A stretch of DNA of 64,000 nt from the human T2T-CHM13v2.0 reference genome, Homo sapiens, in assembly GCA_009914755.4 (NCBI GenBank), contig CP086569.2, positions 14,240,001-14,304,000 of the forward strand, in the 5' to 3' direction. The notes below the pieces were generated by a model, which worked only from the letters and a program-made list of their open reading frames with translations, searched no databases and was not told where the DNA came from. The position numbers and the translations under genes are program-made. The stretch's first letter is position 1, and the number at the start of each line of letters is the position of its first letter. This document shows positions 29,909 through 45,798 of this stretch, piece after piece.

Positions 29909-30176
29909 ATTTTGTTTTTTTGAGACAGGTCTCACTTTGTCACCCAGGCTGGTGTGTAGTGGCATGATCACACCTCACTGCAGCCAGCCTCCTTCCTCAC
30001 AACCTCAGCCTTCCCAGTAGCTGAGACTATAGGCGGGCACCACCACACCCAGCTAATTTTGGTATTTTGGGTACAGACAGGGTTTCGCTATTTTGCCCAG
30101 GATGGTATTTGACTTCTGAATTCAAGCATTCCAGCCTCTTTGGCCTCCCAAAGTGCTAGGATTATAGACATGAGCC
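29909..30176 (-). mobile_element. Alu (older, AluJ-like), tandem with previous
   Basis: ttttgtttttttgagacaggtctcactttgtcacccaggctggtgtgtagtggc...caaagtgctaggattatagacatgagcc. Confidence 0.85.
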
Positions 30177-31069
30177 TGAAACTGTAATCTTAAGCATCTT
30201 TCATTACATTATCTTATAAAATGCTACAAGAAGTAAACAATAACAACTATCCTTTACAATAATGAGATATTCCAGTACTATAACAAAACATGCAACGAAT
30301 CTTATTCTTGAAAAAAAAAGCAAAAAATGTCCTGGTTCACAGTCTTTCTATTTATAGTAAAAAGAACTGCTCAAATATAATAAAACTTAAGGCCACAGAC
30401 CAATGTTTACACCTGCTCCGTTTGGTAATTAACCTCTTTTAATGTTACTGTATTAAGGCAAAAGCTAACAGTATATAACAGTGCCGGCTCTAAGCCTAAA
30501 TCCTACTTAGTTCACTTGCTCTATTTAGTAACAAAACTATTGCATTGAGTAATAAAGCCAGGTTGCTCAAAACACTTTGTTGTGCAATGCAGATACAAAA
30601 AAGATTCAGCTTCTCCTGAACTTGAGTGGTGGGTCAAGTCAAAGTTTGGAACTCTCAAGTTTTGTATTACTAGCAACCCAAGGTCAAATATTTTATAAAC
30701 CCTAGAGTTCTTCATTACAAAAACTTTACCACAAAGCATTAACTTCATTTTTATTATTTATCATTAACAGAAGACCAATATTTTTAATAAGGAATAATCC
30801 TAACAATAGTCTCCCTTTAATATAAATATGCTTTCCTTTCAAAAAAAAAAACATTGTACACAAAGTTAACAGAAAAACTAAATTTGAACATGTCTGCATG
30901 TCAAAGTTACACAAAATGAGCTACCCTATGTAAAAAAAAAAAAAACCAAAATTTACCACTGAAACAAATCAGAGCAATTAAATTAAGATATAACCTTGTT
31001 TTGAAAAGGTGCCTGACAGTTATAATTGAATCCTCTCAAGAGTTAAGAAAAATTGAGATGTCAAGTAGT

Positions 31070-31335
31070 TTATTTATTTTTTTAATTTTTGAGATGGAGT
31101 CTCTATCTCCTAGTTTGAAGTGTAGTGACATGATTTTGGCTCACTGCAGCCTCTGTCTCCTGTGTTCAAGAGATTCTCCTGCCTCAGTCTCCAGAGCAGC
31201 TGGTATTATAGTCGCCTGCTCACCACACCCACCTAATTTTTGTATTTTTAGTAGAGATGAGGTTTCATCAAATTATCCGCCCACCTTGGCCTCCCAAAGT
31301 GCTGGGATTACAGGCATGAACCACTATACCTGGCC
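31070..31335 (-). mobile_element. Alu (old, with internal deletion)
   Basis: gagatggagtctctatctcctagtttgaagtgtagtgacatgattttggctcactgcagcc...gctgggattacaggcatgaaccactatacctggcc. Confidence 0.85.
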
Positions 31336-31971
31336 TCAAGCAGTTTTAAATGGACTATCAATGATTCCACAGTTAACAGCAAAGCCAGGATTTAAAACCC
31401 AGGTTTCTGAGTCTTCAATCCATTGATCTTTGCAACACACTAAATTACAATCTAGTGATTTAAAAAAACATGTACATGTACAAATATGTATTCTATCAGA
31501 CACATAAATATTATACCAGTAGGTATAATTCAGACAGTCAACATTCAAAGTAAGAAAAATATGGAGAAAAAATGTCTGGGTTACCAAAAATTTTTTATGT
31601 TCCTACCATAACGAACAATAATAACTTATGCATTTCCTCTAGAATTTCCACTAGCACTGTAATTTGAGAGCTATGATTAATAAAAATATTTCCATATTAA
31701 TATAAAAAATCACCAGCCAAGATTATAAACAGCAAATTTCTACTGATGACTGACAGATAAAATTAAAACTTGGGGTTTTGCTGAATATTTTTTAAAACGC
31801 TAGATATCAAAGGAAATACAATTTAAATACTAAATTGAAAACTATTGGTGATTATTATGTGATGGTACCCTTTAAAACCCTTTTAAGACTCTTTAAAAGC
31901 TAGCAATAACTGTACTCAGATTAAGAAAATGTGATGGTGATATCACAACTCTACTAAACACAAAAATCATC

Positions 31972-32210
<239 letters not shown>

Positions 32211-32569
32211 CTATTTTTACCTCCTAGGAACTTTTTATTTTCTAAGCACATAATATAATTATATTTTAATGTGAAATAAAAAATATAATTATTTTAATTA
32301 GGGGGATATTTAAATTATATTTTAAACATTAATTATATTGTAATAAAAATGTAATTATATCTTAATTTTAATTAAATTACGATTATAACAGCAGTAAATA
32401 ACCACAACAAAACTTCAAGTTTATATGGGAAAAGCAAAATAAAATGTAGGTTCGAAGAGCTATAGGAGTAGTATACAGTGGATACCACAGATTTTGTTTA
32501 ATAATTAGATTAATAACTACAGCTACACAGACAACTGAAAGACTAATTGGGAACTAATTAATTAATTAA

Positions 32570-32865
32570 TTTATTTATTTATTTTGAGACAGAGTCTTGC
32601 TCTGTCACCTAGGCTGGAGTGCAAGGGTGTGATCTCAGCTCACTGCAACCTCTGCCTCCGGGCTCACGCCATTCTCCTTTCTCAGCCTCCTGAATAGCTG
32701 GGACTATAGGCACCCACCAACACGCCCGGCTAATTGTTTGTATTTTTAGTAGAGATGGAGTTTTACCATGTTAGCCAGGATGGCCTCGATCTCCTGACCT
32801 TGTGATCCACCCGCCTCGGCCTCCCAAAGTGCTGGGATTATAGGCGTGAGCCACCCCGCCCAGCC
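32570..32865 (-). mobile_element. AluY-like, 100 bp downstream (in transcript terms) of a UTY exon
   Basis: tttgagacagagtcttgctctgtcacctaggctggagtgcaagggtgtgatctcagctcactgcaacctctgcctccgggctcacgccattctcc...gcgtgagccaccccgcccagcc. Confidence 0.9.
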
Positions 32866-32969
32866 GGGAGTTTATTTTTAAAATTTCACTTCTCAGATTA
32901 CATTTTATAAAATCTACAAATGATTTTACATTACAAATAAACTCTAGATAGCACGAGTATTTCATCTCA

Positions 32970-33128
<159 letters not shown>

Positions 33129-33555
33129 TCATTCTACTTCTTCAGTTTCAAGAAAATCATGCAGGAAACAGCAAATTACTTTTTCAGTAATTTATTCATG
33201 TAACTTAGATCACATTTTCCCAAAATTTAAAACTACCAAAGTTTAGAGAAGTTTATTTCACACAAAATGATACAATCAAAGCTAAAAAGGGATCTTAAAG
33301 CACACACAGATAACTAAATGATTTTAGGAACTGGATTGACATGGAGATGACAAATCAAATTCTCTTTTATAAATTTAGTTTGGAAAAAAATGCAAGTTAT
33401 AAATTTTAAGTATAAAATTGATAAATTTACTGTCCTTTAAAGGTTACCATGCAGTGAGAGAAATTCAAAAACAACTTTCAACCCCATGCTTACATCCAAA
33501 GAATAAAAAAATGCTTATGTAATCAAAGATAATTCATTTACATTCCTTCTGCTGC

Positions 33556-33843
33556 TGTTGTTGAGACGGAGTCTCGCTCTATCGCCCAGGATGGAGTGGA
33601 GTGGCACAACCTCAGTTCACTACAATCTCTGCATCCTATGTTCAAGAGATTTTTCTGTCTCAGCCCCTCAAGTAGTTGGGATTACAGGAATGGGACACCA
33701 TGCCTGGCTAATTTTTGCATTTTTATTAGTGACGGCATTTCACCATGTTGGGTAGGCTGGTCACAAACTCCTGGCCTCAAGTTATCTGAACACCTCCGCC
33801 TCTCAACAATGTACTGGGATTACAGGCAGGAGCCACCACACCC
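33556..33843 (-). mobile_element. Alu (older AluJ/S-like)
   Basis: ttgttgagacggagtctcgctctatcgcccaggatggagtggagtggcacaacctcagttcactacaatc...gggattacaggcaggagccaccacaccc. Confidence 0.85.
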
Positions 33844-34758
33844 ATTTATATTCTTTTTAATAGCTGCTTTCGGACTTTTACCTAAAATATAATCCTTTAT
33901 AAAATCTCAAAATAATACAAAGTAACACTTTAAACAACTTACAAAAGGCCTCATACATTACTGACATTATTTATTTATAATAATAACATTATTAATGTCA
34001 CAGCATTAGATAAACAATCACAACAAAACTTCTAGGCTATATGGAAAAAGCAAAATGAAAACTAGGTTCAAAGAGCCATAAGAGTGGTACACAGTGTGTG
34101 CCGCAGATTTTTGTTTAATAAATAGATTATGAACTACAGCTACATAAACAATTGAAATCTAATAGATAATATATGCTAAATGCTCAAGTCAAATCAAAAA
34201 CAGTCTGTCAGCTGTGACTTAATTCAAGTGTATAAAATTAGCTTTCCAAAAGCATCTAAGCAAAACTCTGCCCAATTGCTTTTGAAATTGTGGATAAAAC
34301 AGTGACAGAAAAAAAATTTATATTACCACCAACTTGAGTAAAAGTTAGGATTTTATTTGCTTAGACCAAAGCCAAAAAATAACTGTACTGAAGGACTACC
34401 AACAAACATTAACCCAAATAGCAAATACAATCAAGATAAATAAGCAACGAAATTAATTACTGGGGAGGGGACTTGCTATATTCTATATGATAACATATTA
34501 TTTTATACTACTTTCAAACACTAGATTACCTTATCTTCAATATGAGAATGTAACAGATTTTTGACAAGAAAACCCACTAAGATGTTCTATAAATTTTAGG
34601 TGAAATGTTTCCATTGATCATGTATCAATACAACTATAAAGCAAGTTTAGTATCCACTTACCAGCTGTGTGATAATCTTAATCTAATTTACTTAAGTCAA
34701 ACCTCATCCTGTCGTCAAGCAGTAGGGGAAGTCCAGAATCCAATACTAGCTGCAGTAA

Positions 34759-35361
<603 letters not shown>

Positions 35362-35954
35362 AGCACTAAGCACTATCTTTATACAGATGGTGAGAAGGAG
35401 TGTGCTTGATACTATGTTTATCAACAATGAAAATACACTTAGAAAACATTTATACAGTAGTCCCCCATTACCTTCATTTTTGCTTTCTATGGTTTCAGTC
35501 TCCCAGTGCCAAAAAATATTTAATGGAAAAATCTCAGAAATAAAATATAAGTTTTAAATTGCATGCCACTCTGGGTAGCATGATGAAAACTCAAACTACT
35601 ACAGCTACTCCTACTCTCTCTAGTGTATCCACACTGTCTATGCTACCCACACAGTAGTCACTTAGTAGTCATCTTAGCTACAAGATTAGAAAAACATAAT
35701 AAAATACAGGGTTTGGAACTATCGGCAGCTTCCAGAGTATCATGGAACATATAACTCCGGTAAAACAGGGAACTACTGTAATAAAATTATTTATTTAAAA
35801 TTTTACCTCAAAATAATACGTAATAATTAAATGTCACATTTAGTCTTAACCCATAGACTTCTAAATGAAAACAAATGTCTAAGCAGAGGGAAAAAAATTG
35901 AACCTCAAAAGGCAAATCTCTTCAAATTAATGTAATGTATAATAAAAGTTTTCA

Positions 35955-36053
<99 letters not shown>

Positions 36054-37470
36054 CTAAAGAGCAAAGGAAAAAGAATATTTAGAGAAAAATAAATATTAAA
36101 ATAAAAATACTCTTGATTTTAACAATATATACATGGCCATACTTAACTTATAAGTAACAAATAATAAATCAATACGTAATGATGAATATTAAAAATTATA
36201 AATGTGATAATAAAAAATAAAGTAATATTACAATATTATTAAAATAGCTAGCAATGAAGATTTACATACTAATAATGTTTAAGAAGTTTCTAGTACCATA
36301 AAAAAGTAACAAAGTAAAAATTGCTAATATTTTAACTGAATATTTATTTTGCCCAGGCCAGCCATGTTTCAGATTACAGCAAAAAAACTAACATTAAATA
36401 TAACAAGGTGTAACCAAATATTCCAACATTTAAAAAAAATCTGTATCTCAAATGCCACAAAAAAACTGCAACCTCTAACTTCATTTAAGTAACATTCATA
36501 AAGCTACAGGAGTATTCTATCAGAAAATGCAGTATTAGCCTAGAAATACTTTCAAAGAGAACAGTAATTTGTTAATAGATCAAGTACCACTATTCTTTAC
36601 AAACTACTGCTCTTAGCAAAAAGTACAGAATCAAAACAGTGCTTAAAATTTAAATTCAAAATTTAAAATATACAGTTCTGGAAAATACTCTTTAGAAATA
36701 TTTATAATTTTAAAGACATTACATTTTCCATAGATATAAAGTAACTGTTTGTAATATTTAAGGTTATAAGCAATTTTCTAAGTAAAACCATTTGCACAGC
36801 TCTACCTCACAAAGTACTAATACAACTAAAACCTATTATTGTTACAGTTATAAAGTTAAACTCAACTCCTCCAAACTAAAATAAAACCAATAAATATTGA
36901 ATCTGAAATATACATAGCAAAACCATGCTAAACAATGCAGTAAGAAAGTGGCTTGTACTTATAATCTCAGCTGCCTAAGCAGCTTTAACATTTTAAAAAT
37001 AAAATAACAAAATGATAGAGTGCCACTTCAAGAGCTACTAATGATTGTAACAAATTGGCAGAGCAATATAACTAAATCAATGCTGTGTAAACTGGGACTG
37101 AAAATAAATGTAACCAAAACTGACAGAGAAAACAGTGAGAGGTAAACAACACTATTTTTCTCTCTTTCTCTTTCTCTCACACACACATGCAAATAGCAAA
37201 ACTGACCAAAACCAGGTGAAAGCAAAAGTCACAAGTAATGAAAAATGAAGTAAAATATAAGCACTTAAATTCATAAAAAACACATTTTCAAATAGGGCAC
37301 TAGAGATCACTGGGGAGTATCAGAAGGAAAGAAAATACAGAGTAAAACATTCAAAATATTTTAACTGCAAAAAATTACAATTAAAAATGGCTAACCATCT
37401 CAATGCAAAAAAGCAGGGGCAGAGGGCATGACAAAATGTATCACTTTTTCATGATTAAACAGAAAAAATT

Positions 37471-37770
37471 GGCTTGGCGAGGTGGCATATGTCTGTCATC
37501 CCAGCACTTTGAAAGGCCGAGGTGGGTGGATCGCTTCAGCCCAGGAGTTCAAGACCAGTCTGACCAACATGGTGAGACCCCATCTCTACAAAAAAGTATA
37601 AAAATTAACCGGGCATAGTGTCACACACCTGTAATCTTGTAATCTCAGCTACTCAGGAGGGTTAGGAAGGAGAAGTGCTTGAACCTGGGAGGTGGAGGCT
37701 GCAGGGAGCCAAGATTGAGTCACTGCACTTCAGCCGAGCGACAGAATGAGAGCCTGTCTCCAAAACACAA
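37471..37770 (+). mobile_element. Alu (AluS-like, degenerate tail)
   Basis: ggcttggcgaggtggcatatgtctgtcatcccagcactttgaaaggccgaggtgggtggatcgc...agcctgtctccaaaacacaacaatacaaaaa. Confidence 0.85.
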
Positions 37771-38040
37771 CAATACAAAAACCCAAACCTCAAAAATTAT
37801 AAATGGAAGGGAGATTCTTCAATGTAAGAAAGGCCATATGTGATAAGCCCTCCAAAAATGTCAGTGAAAACACTGACAGCTCTTCCCGTAATATCAAGAA
37901 CTACAAAGGAAACCAAAATCACATTTCTACTCAACTTAGTAATGAAAGTTCTAGCTAAGCAATTAGACAAGAAATAAAATGCATTCAAGTCAGAAAAGCA
38001 AGTAAGCTCATTTTCCTGAGATGATATGATCTATTAAAAA

Positions 38041-38095
38041 ATTATTAAGCATACACAACCACACACACACACACACACACATGCACACACAGCAA
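38041..38095 (+). repeat. (CA)n microsatellite
   Basis: acacaaccacacacacacacacacacacatgcacacac. Confidence 0.9.
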
Positions 38096-38499
38096 AGTTG
38101 CCAGATTCAAAATCAACATTCAAAAATTAGTTGTACTTTAGTCCCTCCTTATCTGCAGTTTCACTTTCCATGGTTTCAGTTACCCACATGCAAATGAAGT
38201 CCAAAAATAGTAAATAAAAAAAATCCAGAAATAAAACAATTTGTAAGTTGTAAACCATGTGCTGTTCTTAGTAGCATTATCAAATCTCACAACATTCATG
38301 CCACTGGGAACTAAGTCATCACTTTTTCCAGCGTACCTGCATTATATATATGTACCCACCCTGTACATGCTTCTAAGTCTCTTACTTAGTTGCTATCTTG
38401 ATTATCAGCTTGAAAACCGTGATCCATATATAGTGTCCAGTACTATTTGAGTTTTCAGGTAACCTAAGGAAAAGTCTTGAAATTGTCTCCCACAAGTAA

Positions 38500-40110
38500 A
38501 GCTGATGGAGAAGTTGTAGGGGTATGGGGATGAGAAGGATTACTGTACACTAACCATAGCAATTAACAATTTGAAAAGAAAATTAAGAAAACAATTCTAT
38601 TAACAGGATTAAAAAGAAAAAAATTTTGAAGGAACAAGTGTACCAAAAGTGAAATATCTGTACACTGAAAACTACAAAAAATGCTAAAAGAAATTAAAGA
38701 CACAAATGAATGACAGACATTCTGTGTTCATGAACTGAAATTCCTGATACTTTTGCAATGACAGCACTTTCCAAAGCAGTTTACGGATGTAAAACAATCC
38801 CTATGAAAACTGCATACTGATTTGCAGAAAATGAAAAACTCATCCTAAAATTCACATTGCAAAGGGCCAAAAACAGCCAAATAACTGTTGAAAAAATGAA
38901 GTGAAGAATTTGCACATTCAAAGTTCATACAGACTAAAACATGATAGTAAATGAAACAATACGGTATTGGTATAACAATAAAAGAGAGCCCAGAAATAAA
39001 ATGCCCACACAGATGGCAAACTGATTTTCACCAGAGGTGCCAAAACATGTCAATGGAAAATAGTGTTCTAAACAAATGGTGCTTGAAAAATTCAATATCC
39101 ACATTGAAAATAATGAAAATTGGTCCTTATTTTATACTACATATAAAAAATTAACTGAAAATGAATCAAAGCCCTAAATGTAAGGCTTGAATAGTAAAAC
39201 TCTTAAAAAAAATTGCATGATGTCTTCACATCTTGGATTTCACAGTGATGTCTTAAACCTGACACTAAAAACATAGGTAACAAAAAGAAAAACTCGACTT
39301 CTCCAAAATTAAAACTTCTGTACATCAAAGGACACTATCAAAATAGTGAAAACAGCAAAGTGGGACAAAATATATGCAAATCATGTATTTGGCAATGGGA
39401 TTAATATTCAGAATATATTTAGAACTCCTACAATTTGACAACCAAACCCCTCACAACCAATTCAAAAAAGGGCAAAGGATTTGAATAGACATTTCTCCAA
39501 GAAGCTATACATGTGGCCAATAAGCACATGAAAGGATGCTCAAAACCATTAGTTTAAGGGTACTCTAAATCAAACAATAATGAAATATCACTTCACAATC
39601 ACCAGGATGAAGGCCGTGGAGAAATTTGAACCCTTGTGTATTGCCATTAAGAATGGTACAAATACTGTGCAAAACAGCTTGGTGGTTCCTTAAAATACTA
39701 AACAAAATTATATTTCTCAGCAATTCCACTAGATACATACCCAAATGAAAACAAAGACTCACATAAATACTTGTACACCGCTGTGTATAGCAGTATTATT
39801 CACAATTGCCAAAATATGGAAATAATTCAGCCGTTCATTTACAGATGAACTGCTAAGCAAAAATATAAATGTGAATGAGTATAACAAAATATTGTTCAGG
39901 CACAAAAAATAATGAAGTGAGAATGTGAATGAACCCTGAAGATTCAAAGCTAAGTAAAATAAGCAAGACACAAAAAGATAAATACTGTATGATCCATTTG
40001 TGTGATGTATCCCAACACAGACAAATTCAAAGACATAAAGCAAAGGATATCACGAGCTGAAGTCAGAAGAAAATGAAGACTTATTAAGTACAGATTTTGT
40101 ATTACGAATG
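38500..40110 (+). mobile_element. Old LINE-1 ORF2 fragment (L1M/L1P-like)
   Basis: MKQYGIGITIKE..NSVLNKWCLKNSISTLKIMKIGPYF resembles L1 ORF2 (..[24 protein letters not shown]..). Many stops. Confidence 0.5.
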
Positions 40111-40216
40111 ATAAAAAAAGTTATGGAAACAAACAGTGGCAATAGTTACACAATACTGTGAATGTACTTAATGCTACTAAAATGGCACACTTAAAAGCAC
40201 ATAAAATATGCCTTAG

Positions 40217-40343
40217 GAGGTTGAGGCAAGAGGATTTCCTTAGGCCAGGAGTTTGAGGCCTGCGTGTGCCACATAACAAGACCCCATCTTTACAAAAATG
40301 TTTTAAAAACCAGATGGGCATGGTGGCACGTGCCTATAGTCTT
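40217..40343 (+). mobile_element. Partial Alu (left monomer-like)
   Basis: aggaggttgaggcaagaggatttccttaggccaggagtttgaggcc...ccagatgggcatggtggcacgtgcctatagtc. Confidence 0.7.
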
Positions 40344-40799
40344 AAAGGTAAAAGAAGAAAAAAATAGTAAATGTCAAGGGATGTTTATTTCACTAGTTAT
40401 AAAACAAACCAAAAAACAAAAAACAAGAAATACAGTCAGTATAGCATGCTGCTTTATGAAAAGGTTTATACATAAACCTATACATAGATTTGAGCCCAGG
40501 CTGGTCTCGAACTCCTGGCCTCAAGCAATCCTCTTGCTTCAGCCTCTGAAAGCACATTTTATTATTTTTAAGTGTACCATTTAAGTACATTCACAGTGTT
40601 GTGTAACCATCATCACTATTTTCAAAGCCTTTTCACCACTTGAAATACAAAATCTGTCACTTTACTAACTCCCCATTCTCTTCTGACTGCAGCCCCTGGT
40701 AACCTTTACTTTAGATCTTTAAATTTGTCTATTCTGTATATTTCATATAGGTAGATCACAGCATTTGTCCTTTTCTGCCTGGCTTTTTATTTTTATTTT

Positions 40800-41035
40800 T
40801 TGAGAGCTCATTGCAACCTCCACCTCCAGGGTTCAAGACAGTCTCCTGCCTCAGCCTCCTGAGTAGCTGGGATTACAGGGCACATGCCATTACCACCAGC
40901 TAATTTTTGTATTTTTAGTAGAGATGGGGTTTCACCATGTTGGCCAGGATGGTCTTGATCTCTTAACCTCATGATCCGCCCGCCTCGGCCTCCCAAAGTG
41001 CTGGGATTACAGGTGTGAGCCACCGTGCCCAGCCC
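40800..41035 (-). mobile_element. Alu (5'-truncated in its own orientation, AluS-like)
   Basis: ...cctgcctcagcctcctgagtagctgggattacagg...ggtttcaccatgttggccaggatggtcttgatctcttaacctcatgatccgcccgcctcggcctcccaaagtgctgggattacaggtgtgagccaccgtgcccagcc. Confidence 0.85.
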
Positions 41036-44000
41036 AGCTTATTTCACTTAGTCTTTAAAACAAAACAAAACAAAATACATTCTTATATCCTCAATACCCT
41101 AAATTCTGAAAATTTTTAGAGAAATTAGTATATAAAAGTGTTCTCATTAGCAAAGCGGTTTGGGAACTATGACAGAAAACAGTAAAACTTTTGTTTTAGC
41201 TTTTTATATTTATTTTAAGCCACAAAAATATATCCACTGAAAATATTAAAATAAAGAATAACCATAAACATTTAAAAAACATCTTCATCCAAATGACATG
41301 GTGCCCCCACTCCATATCCCCAAGCAATTCTTGAGTTAGTAATACTTAAGACTCATCTTATGCACCAGTCCTAGAATCAGCCACTTCTCCAAGGAGCACT
41401 AGTTCCTTTTACTAGAGAATAGTATTAGTAACAAAGATCCGGGCAGTAGGTGTGCTTGCTAATAGTGTGGCATCACTGCTTCAGTTCATCTTGGCTGACA
41501 GAACAAGGATATACAGATATATATATAGCTATCTATATAAAAATACATTAATCCAAACATGAGTTCATACTGATATCACCAGATATAATCCATTTCCCAT
41601 AGTTCATTCTACTATCCCCCAATGGGGTATTTGTAGACTCCTACCTCAACAGGGAATAAACTGCTCCCAAGAATACCATTCGTTTTCTTATTTGCAGAAT
41701 TTCTTATTTTCCTATTTCATCTTCTCATTTCTTTTTCTCCTCCTCTATTTTTCTGTTATTTTCTATTTCTTATTTCACTGTCTTATTTGTAGAATGCCAG
41801 TATGTTATAGTTTTTGAATTTCTAAAATTTATCCCCATAACAACTTTCCCACTAACAGCACAATTCTTAGGCATAAGATTGTTTTATTTTGTTTAAACGT
41901 AGTTTCATTTCCAAAGATCAGTAGATTTCTCCCATTACTCTCTTCAAAGAGATGATGTGATACATTTATAACAAAATTTATTTGGATACAGTCTATGTTC
42001 CATTCTGGAATTTCCTGACCTCACATTATTTTTTTAAATTTTATATACATTAAAGGTTCATTCTTTAGGCTCTAAAGTCAGTTGCTTGTCTTAAATAAGT
42101 AAGCTAATGTATCCAAGATAATGTCATATATCCAACAATAGAGCAGCATGCAAAATGATTTGATTATTCTAACATAGCCTGGGGGCTTCATCTAATTATC
42201 ACTCCTCTCTAAACTCCCTGAAAACACCTGATCTCATTACTATCCTTACAGTTTTTACAAAATGGCAAATAAATAGATTAACAAAGTATGGTGTCTTTTT
42301 GTAATGGCTTCTTTAACTTAACAATGTGTATTTAAGATTCAATTTTGTTGGTACGTGAATTCATAGTTCATTCCTTTGCAATATTTAGTAATATTAAATA
42401 GTATGTATTAGCACAGTTTTACACACTCACCTAGTGAAATGTATCTTGGTAGTTTCCATTATGCAGCAGTTAGGAATAAGCATTCATACACAGATTTTTG
42501 TTAGGAAAGAGACTTTCAAGTCAGTTTGGAAAACGTGCAGAAGGACTTGAGTAATACGTAAAGTCTGTATTTAGTATTATAAGAAACTGTCTTTCAAAAT
42601 GACTGTTTCAATTTGCATTACCAAAAGCAATGGATTATTTATTTATGTTACTGTGTAACTTACCAGACATAATATTGTTAGGCTCTTAAAAATTTAGACT
42701 TTCTAACAGTTGTATGCTAATAGTACTAACTTATTTTTTGTTTTAACATGAATTTACCTAGTAACATCTTTTCATGTTATGTGCAATCTGAGTATCTTCT
42801 TCAATGTGTTTCTCTTCATATATTTTCACCATTTTAAATATTTTCTTATTATTACTACTGTTGGGTTTTACAAGTTTCTTGTATCATTCTACAAAGCCCT
42901 TTATTCAATATGTGATTTTTACATATTTTCTCCCAGTCTATGGCTCATCTTTTCAATCTTTTAACAGTGTTTCTGAGAGCAAAAGATTTTAATGCTAATT
43001 ATCAAATATAAGTATTTTTTTCACAAGGATGGTACAAAGTGTTATATCTAAAAACTAATAATAAAGACAACTTCTTATATATTTGTATACTTGTGATCCA
43101 TTTTGAATTCCATTTTGTGTACAGTGTGAGGTAGAGATCCACATTTTTTCTGCATAAATGTCCAACTGCTCATTATCATTTTTTGGAAGCACAATGCTAT
43201 CATCACTGTATTATACACAGAGAACACTGTCAAAATCAGTTGACTAGACAAGCCCTGGAAGTCACTTGAGACACAACCAAAAGACAGCTTAGAAAACCAG
43301 AATTGGAAGTGTAAACTAGCTAGGCATTCTGGGTCTAGACCAATGTAGTAACAGTATTAGGACCTCCCACCTAAAAGAACAGCATGCCCAGGCTCATTCC
43401 CATCACTGAAAATACAAACAGTAGAGCACCCAAAAAAGTAAAAGAACCTAGTGGATCCCTTTTAATAAACGGCATATTCAAAAGTCCTTTTCTAAGTGTC
43501 CTTTCATCCCCGTGATGCTGAGACTACCTTCCCCAACACAAAGAGGCACCAGTCAACATGGCTGTGGAAAGCATCCTCTTCCCGTGAAACCAGCAACATT
43601 AGAGTGAGAGCCTGAAGGAACACTAAATAAACAAACAGAATAATGTAGAACCACCAATCTCTTACAAAGGAATTTTGTTTAGAACCACAGTCTGGAAGAG
43701 TAGAGACAGAATCTACATCACAAAAATGCTTCAATAATCACTTCAAATTCCCTTGAAACAAACGAAAATGACAAAGATCTCAGCAAAGAAATACAAGTTT
43801 AAAATGAAAGAAATTGAATTATAAAATTTAAAGATGCTAAAACAAAACTCACTGAACAGCTCAGTAGCACAGCAGAAATGAAAAGAGAACATAATCTTCT
43901 GTTACAATGAACCTGAGGGCTTGGCAACATAATTTACATTTGCACAACAACAAAAAAAATCAGATTAAATACATACATAAAACGAAGACCTATGGACCAA

Positions 44001-44132
44001 TAATGAAATATCAAGCATTTACAACATAAGCATTCATAAATATGAAGCACATGTGACAAAAAGAGTAAATGATAAAATTATGGTTAAATGTCACAAATTG
44101 TCAACAGACATAAACCTATTCAAAAGGCTGAG

Positions 44133-44436
44133 CAGGCTGGATGTGGTGGCTCACGTCTGTAATCCCAGCACTTTGGGAGGCTGAGGTGGGTGGATCACAT
44201 GAGGTCAGGAGTTTGAGACCAGCTGGCCAAGATGGTGAAACCCTGTCTCTGCTAAAAATACAAAAATCAGCCAGGCTTGGTGGCGGGCACCTGTAATCTC
44301 AGCTACTCAGGAGGCTGAGTCAGGAGAATTGCTAGAACCGGGGACGTGGAGGTTGCAGTGAGCCGAGACTGAGCCATTGTACTCCAGCCTGGGTGAGAAG
44401 AGGGTGACTCTATCTCAAAAAACAAAAAACAAAAAA
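44133..44436 (+). mobile_element. Alu (AluS-like)
   Basis: ggctggatgtggtggctcacgtctgtaatcccagcactttgggaggctgaggtgggtggatcacatgaggtcaggagtttgagaccagc...ctctatctcaaaaaacaaaaaacaaaaaa. Confidence 0.9.
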
Positions 44437-45196
44437 GGCTGAACAAAGCTCCATGGGATAAATCCAAAAATATCTATGGCAAATATGAATTTCCCACCTG
44501 AAACCACAAACAAGAAAGGAAATCGTGTATTAGTCAACTGCTGAAAGAAAAGACTTTTCAACATAAATTATATCTGGTAAAAATGTATGTCAGGAACAAA
44601 GAAAAAGAAATACATTCTCAGATAAAGAAATTTGTTGGTAGCCAACCTACCACAAAAAGTATGATAAAAATCGAGTTCTTCAAAAAGAAATGATAAAAAG
44701 GAATCTTAGAGAATCTGAAAGAAAAAAAAAGAGCAGACATGTGTACTCAAAATAAGATTTCAACATATAAGTTTATAAAACCATGCATGGTTATTTTTAA
44801 AAAAGTATCTGGTATAACAGACTTATTTTTAAAGTGCGGAAGGTAAAAAGGCAAGGAAATAGATATAAGGGATGTCTACATTTCAACTGAAGTAGCAAAA
44901 TGTCAACACTAGATGTCACATGTGCATATTGTAAATAACCAGAGAAACTAAAGAAAATTATATAGATATTTTCAAACATCCAACTGATATGTCAATATGA
45001 AATTTTAGAAGATAAATCACATAATCCCAAACAGGTCAATAATCTTCCTCAATGCAGTATGTAAAGACAACCATGGGTTTAAAAAAAAAAGAAAAAAACT
45101 CACTGTATGCCATTTACAAACAATAAGTTTCAAATTTAACACAGAATGAAAGTATGAGAATAGAAAAATGGCAAATAATATTTATAATATTTTTTT

Positions 45197-45697
<501 letters not shown>

Positions 45698-45731
45698 TGG
45701 TCTTAATAATAATTTTTAAAGACAAAAATGT

Positions 45732-45798
45732 GGCTGGGTGTGGTGGCTCACACCTGTAATCCCCAGCACTTTGGGAGGCCGAGGCGGGGAGGATCAGC
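45732..45798 (+). mobile_element. Alu 5' fragment
   Basis: ggctgggtgtggtggctcacacctgtaatccccagcactttgggaggccgaggcggggaggatcagc. Confidence 0.75.

Noticed and set aside
42779-42992. Overlapping 61-62-aa ORFs in an AT-rich stretch
   Set aside because: Low-complexity AT-rich intronic sequence. The ORFs are Leu/Phe/Ile-rich artefacts with no homology or splice context.
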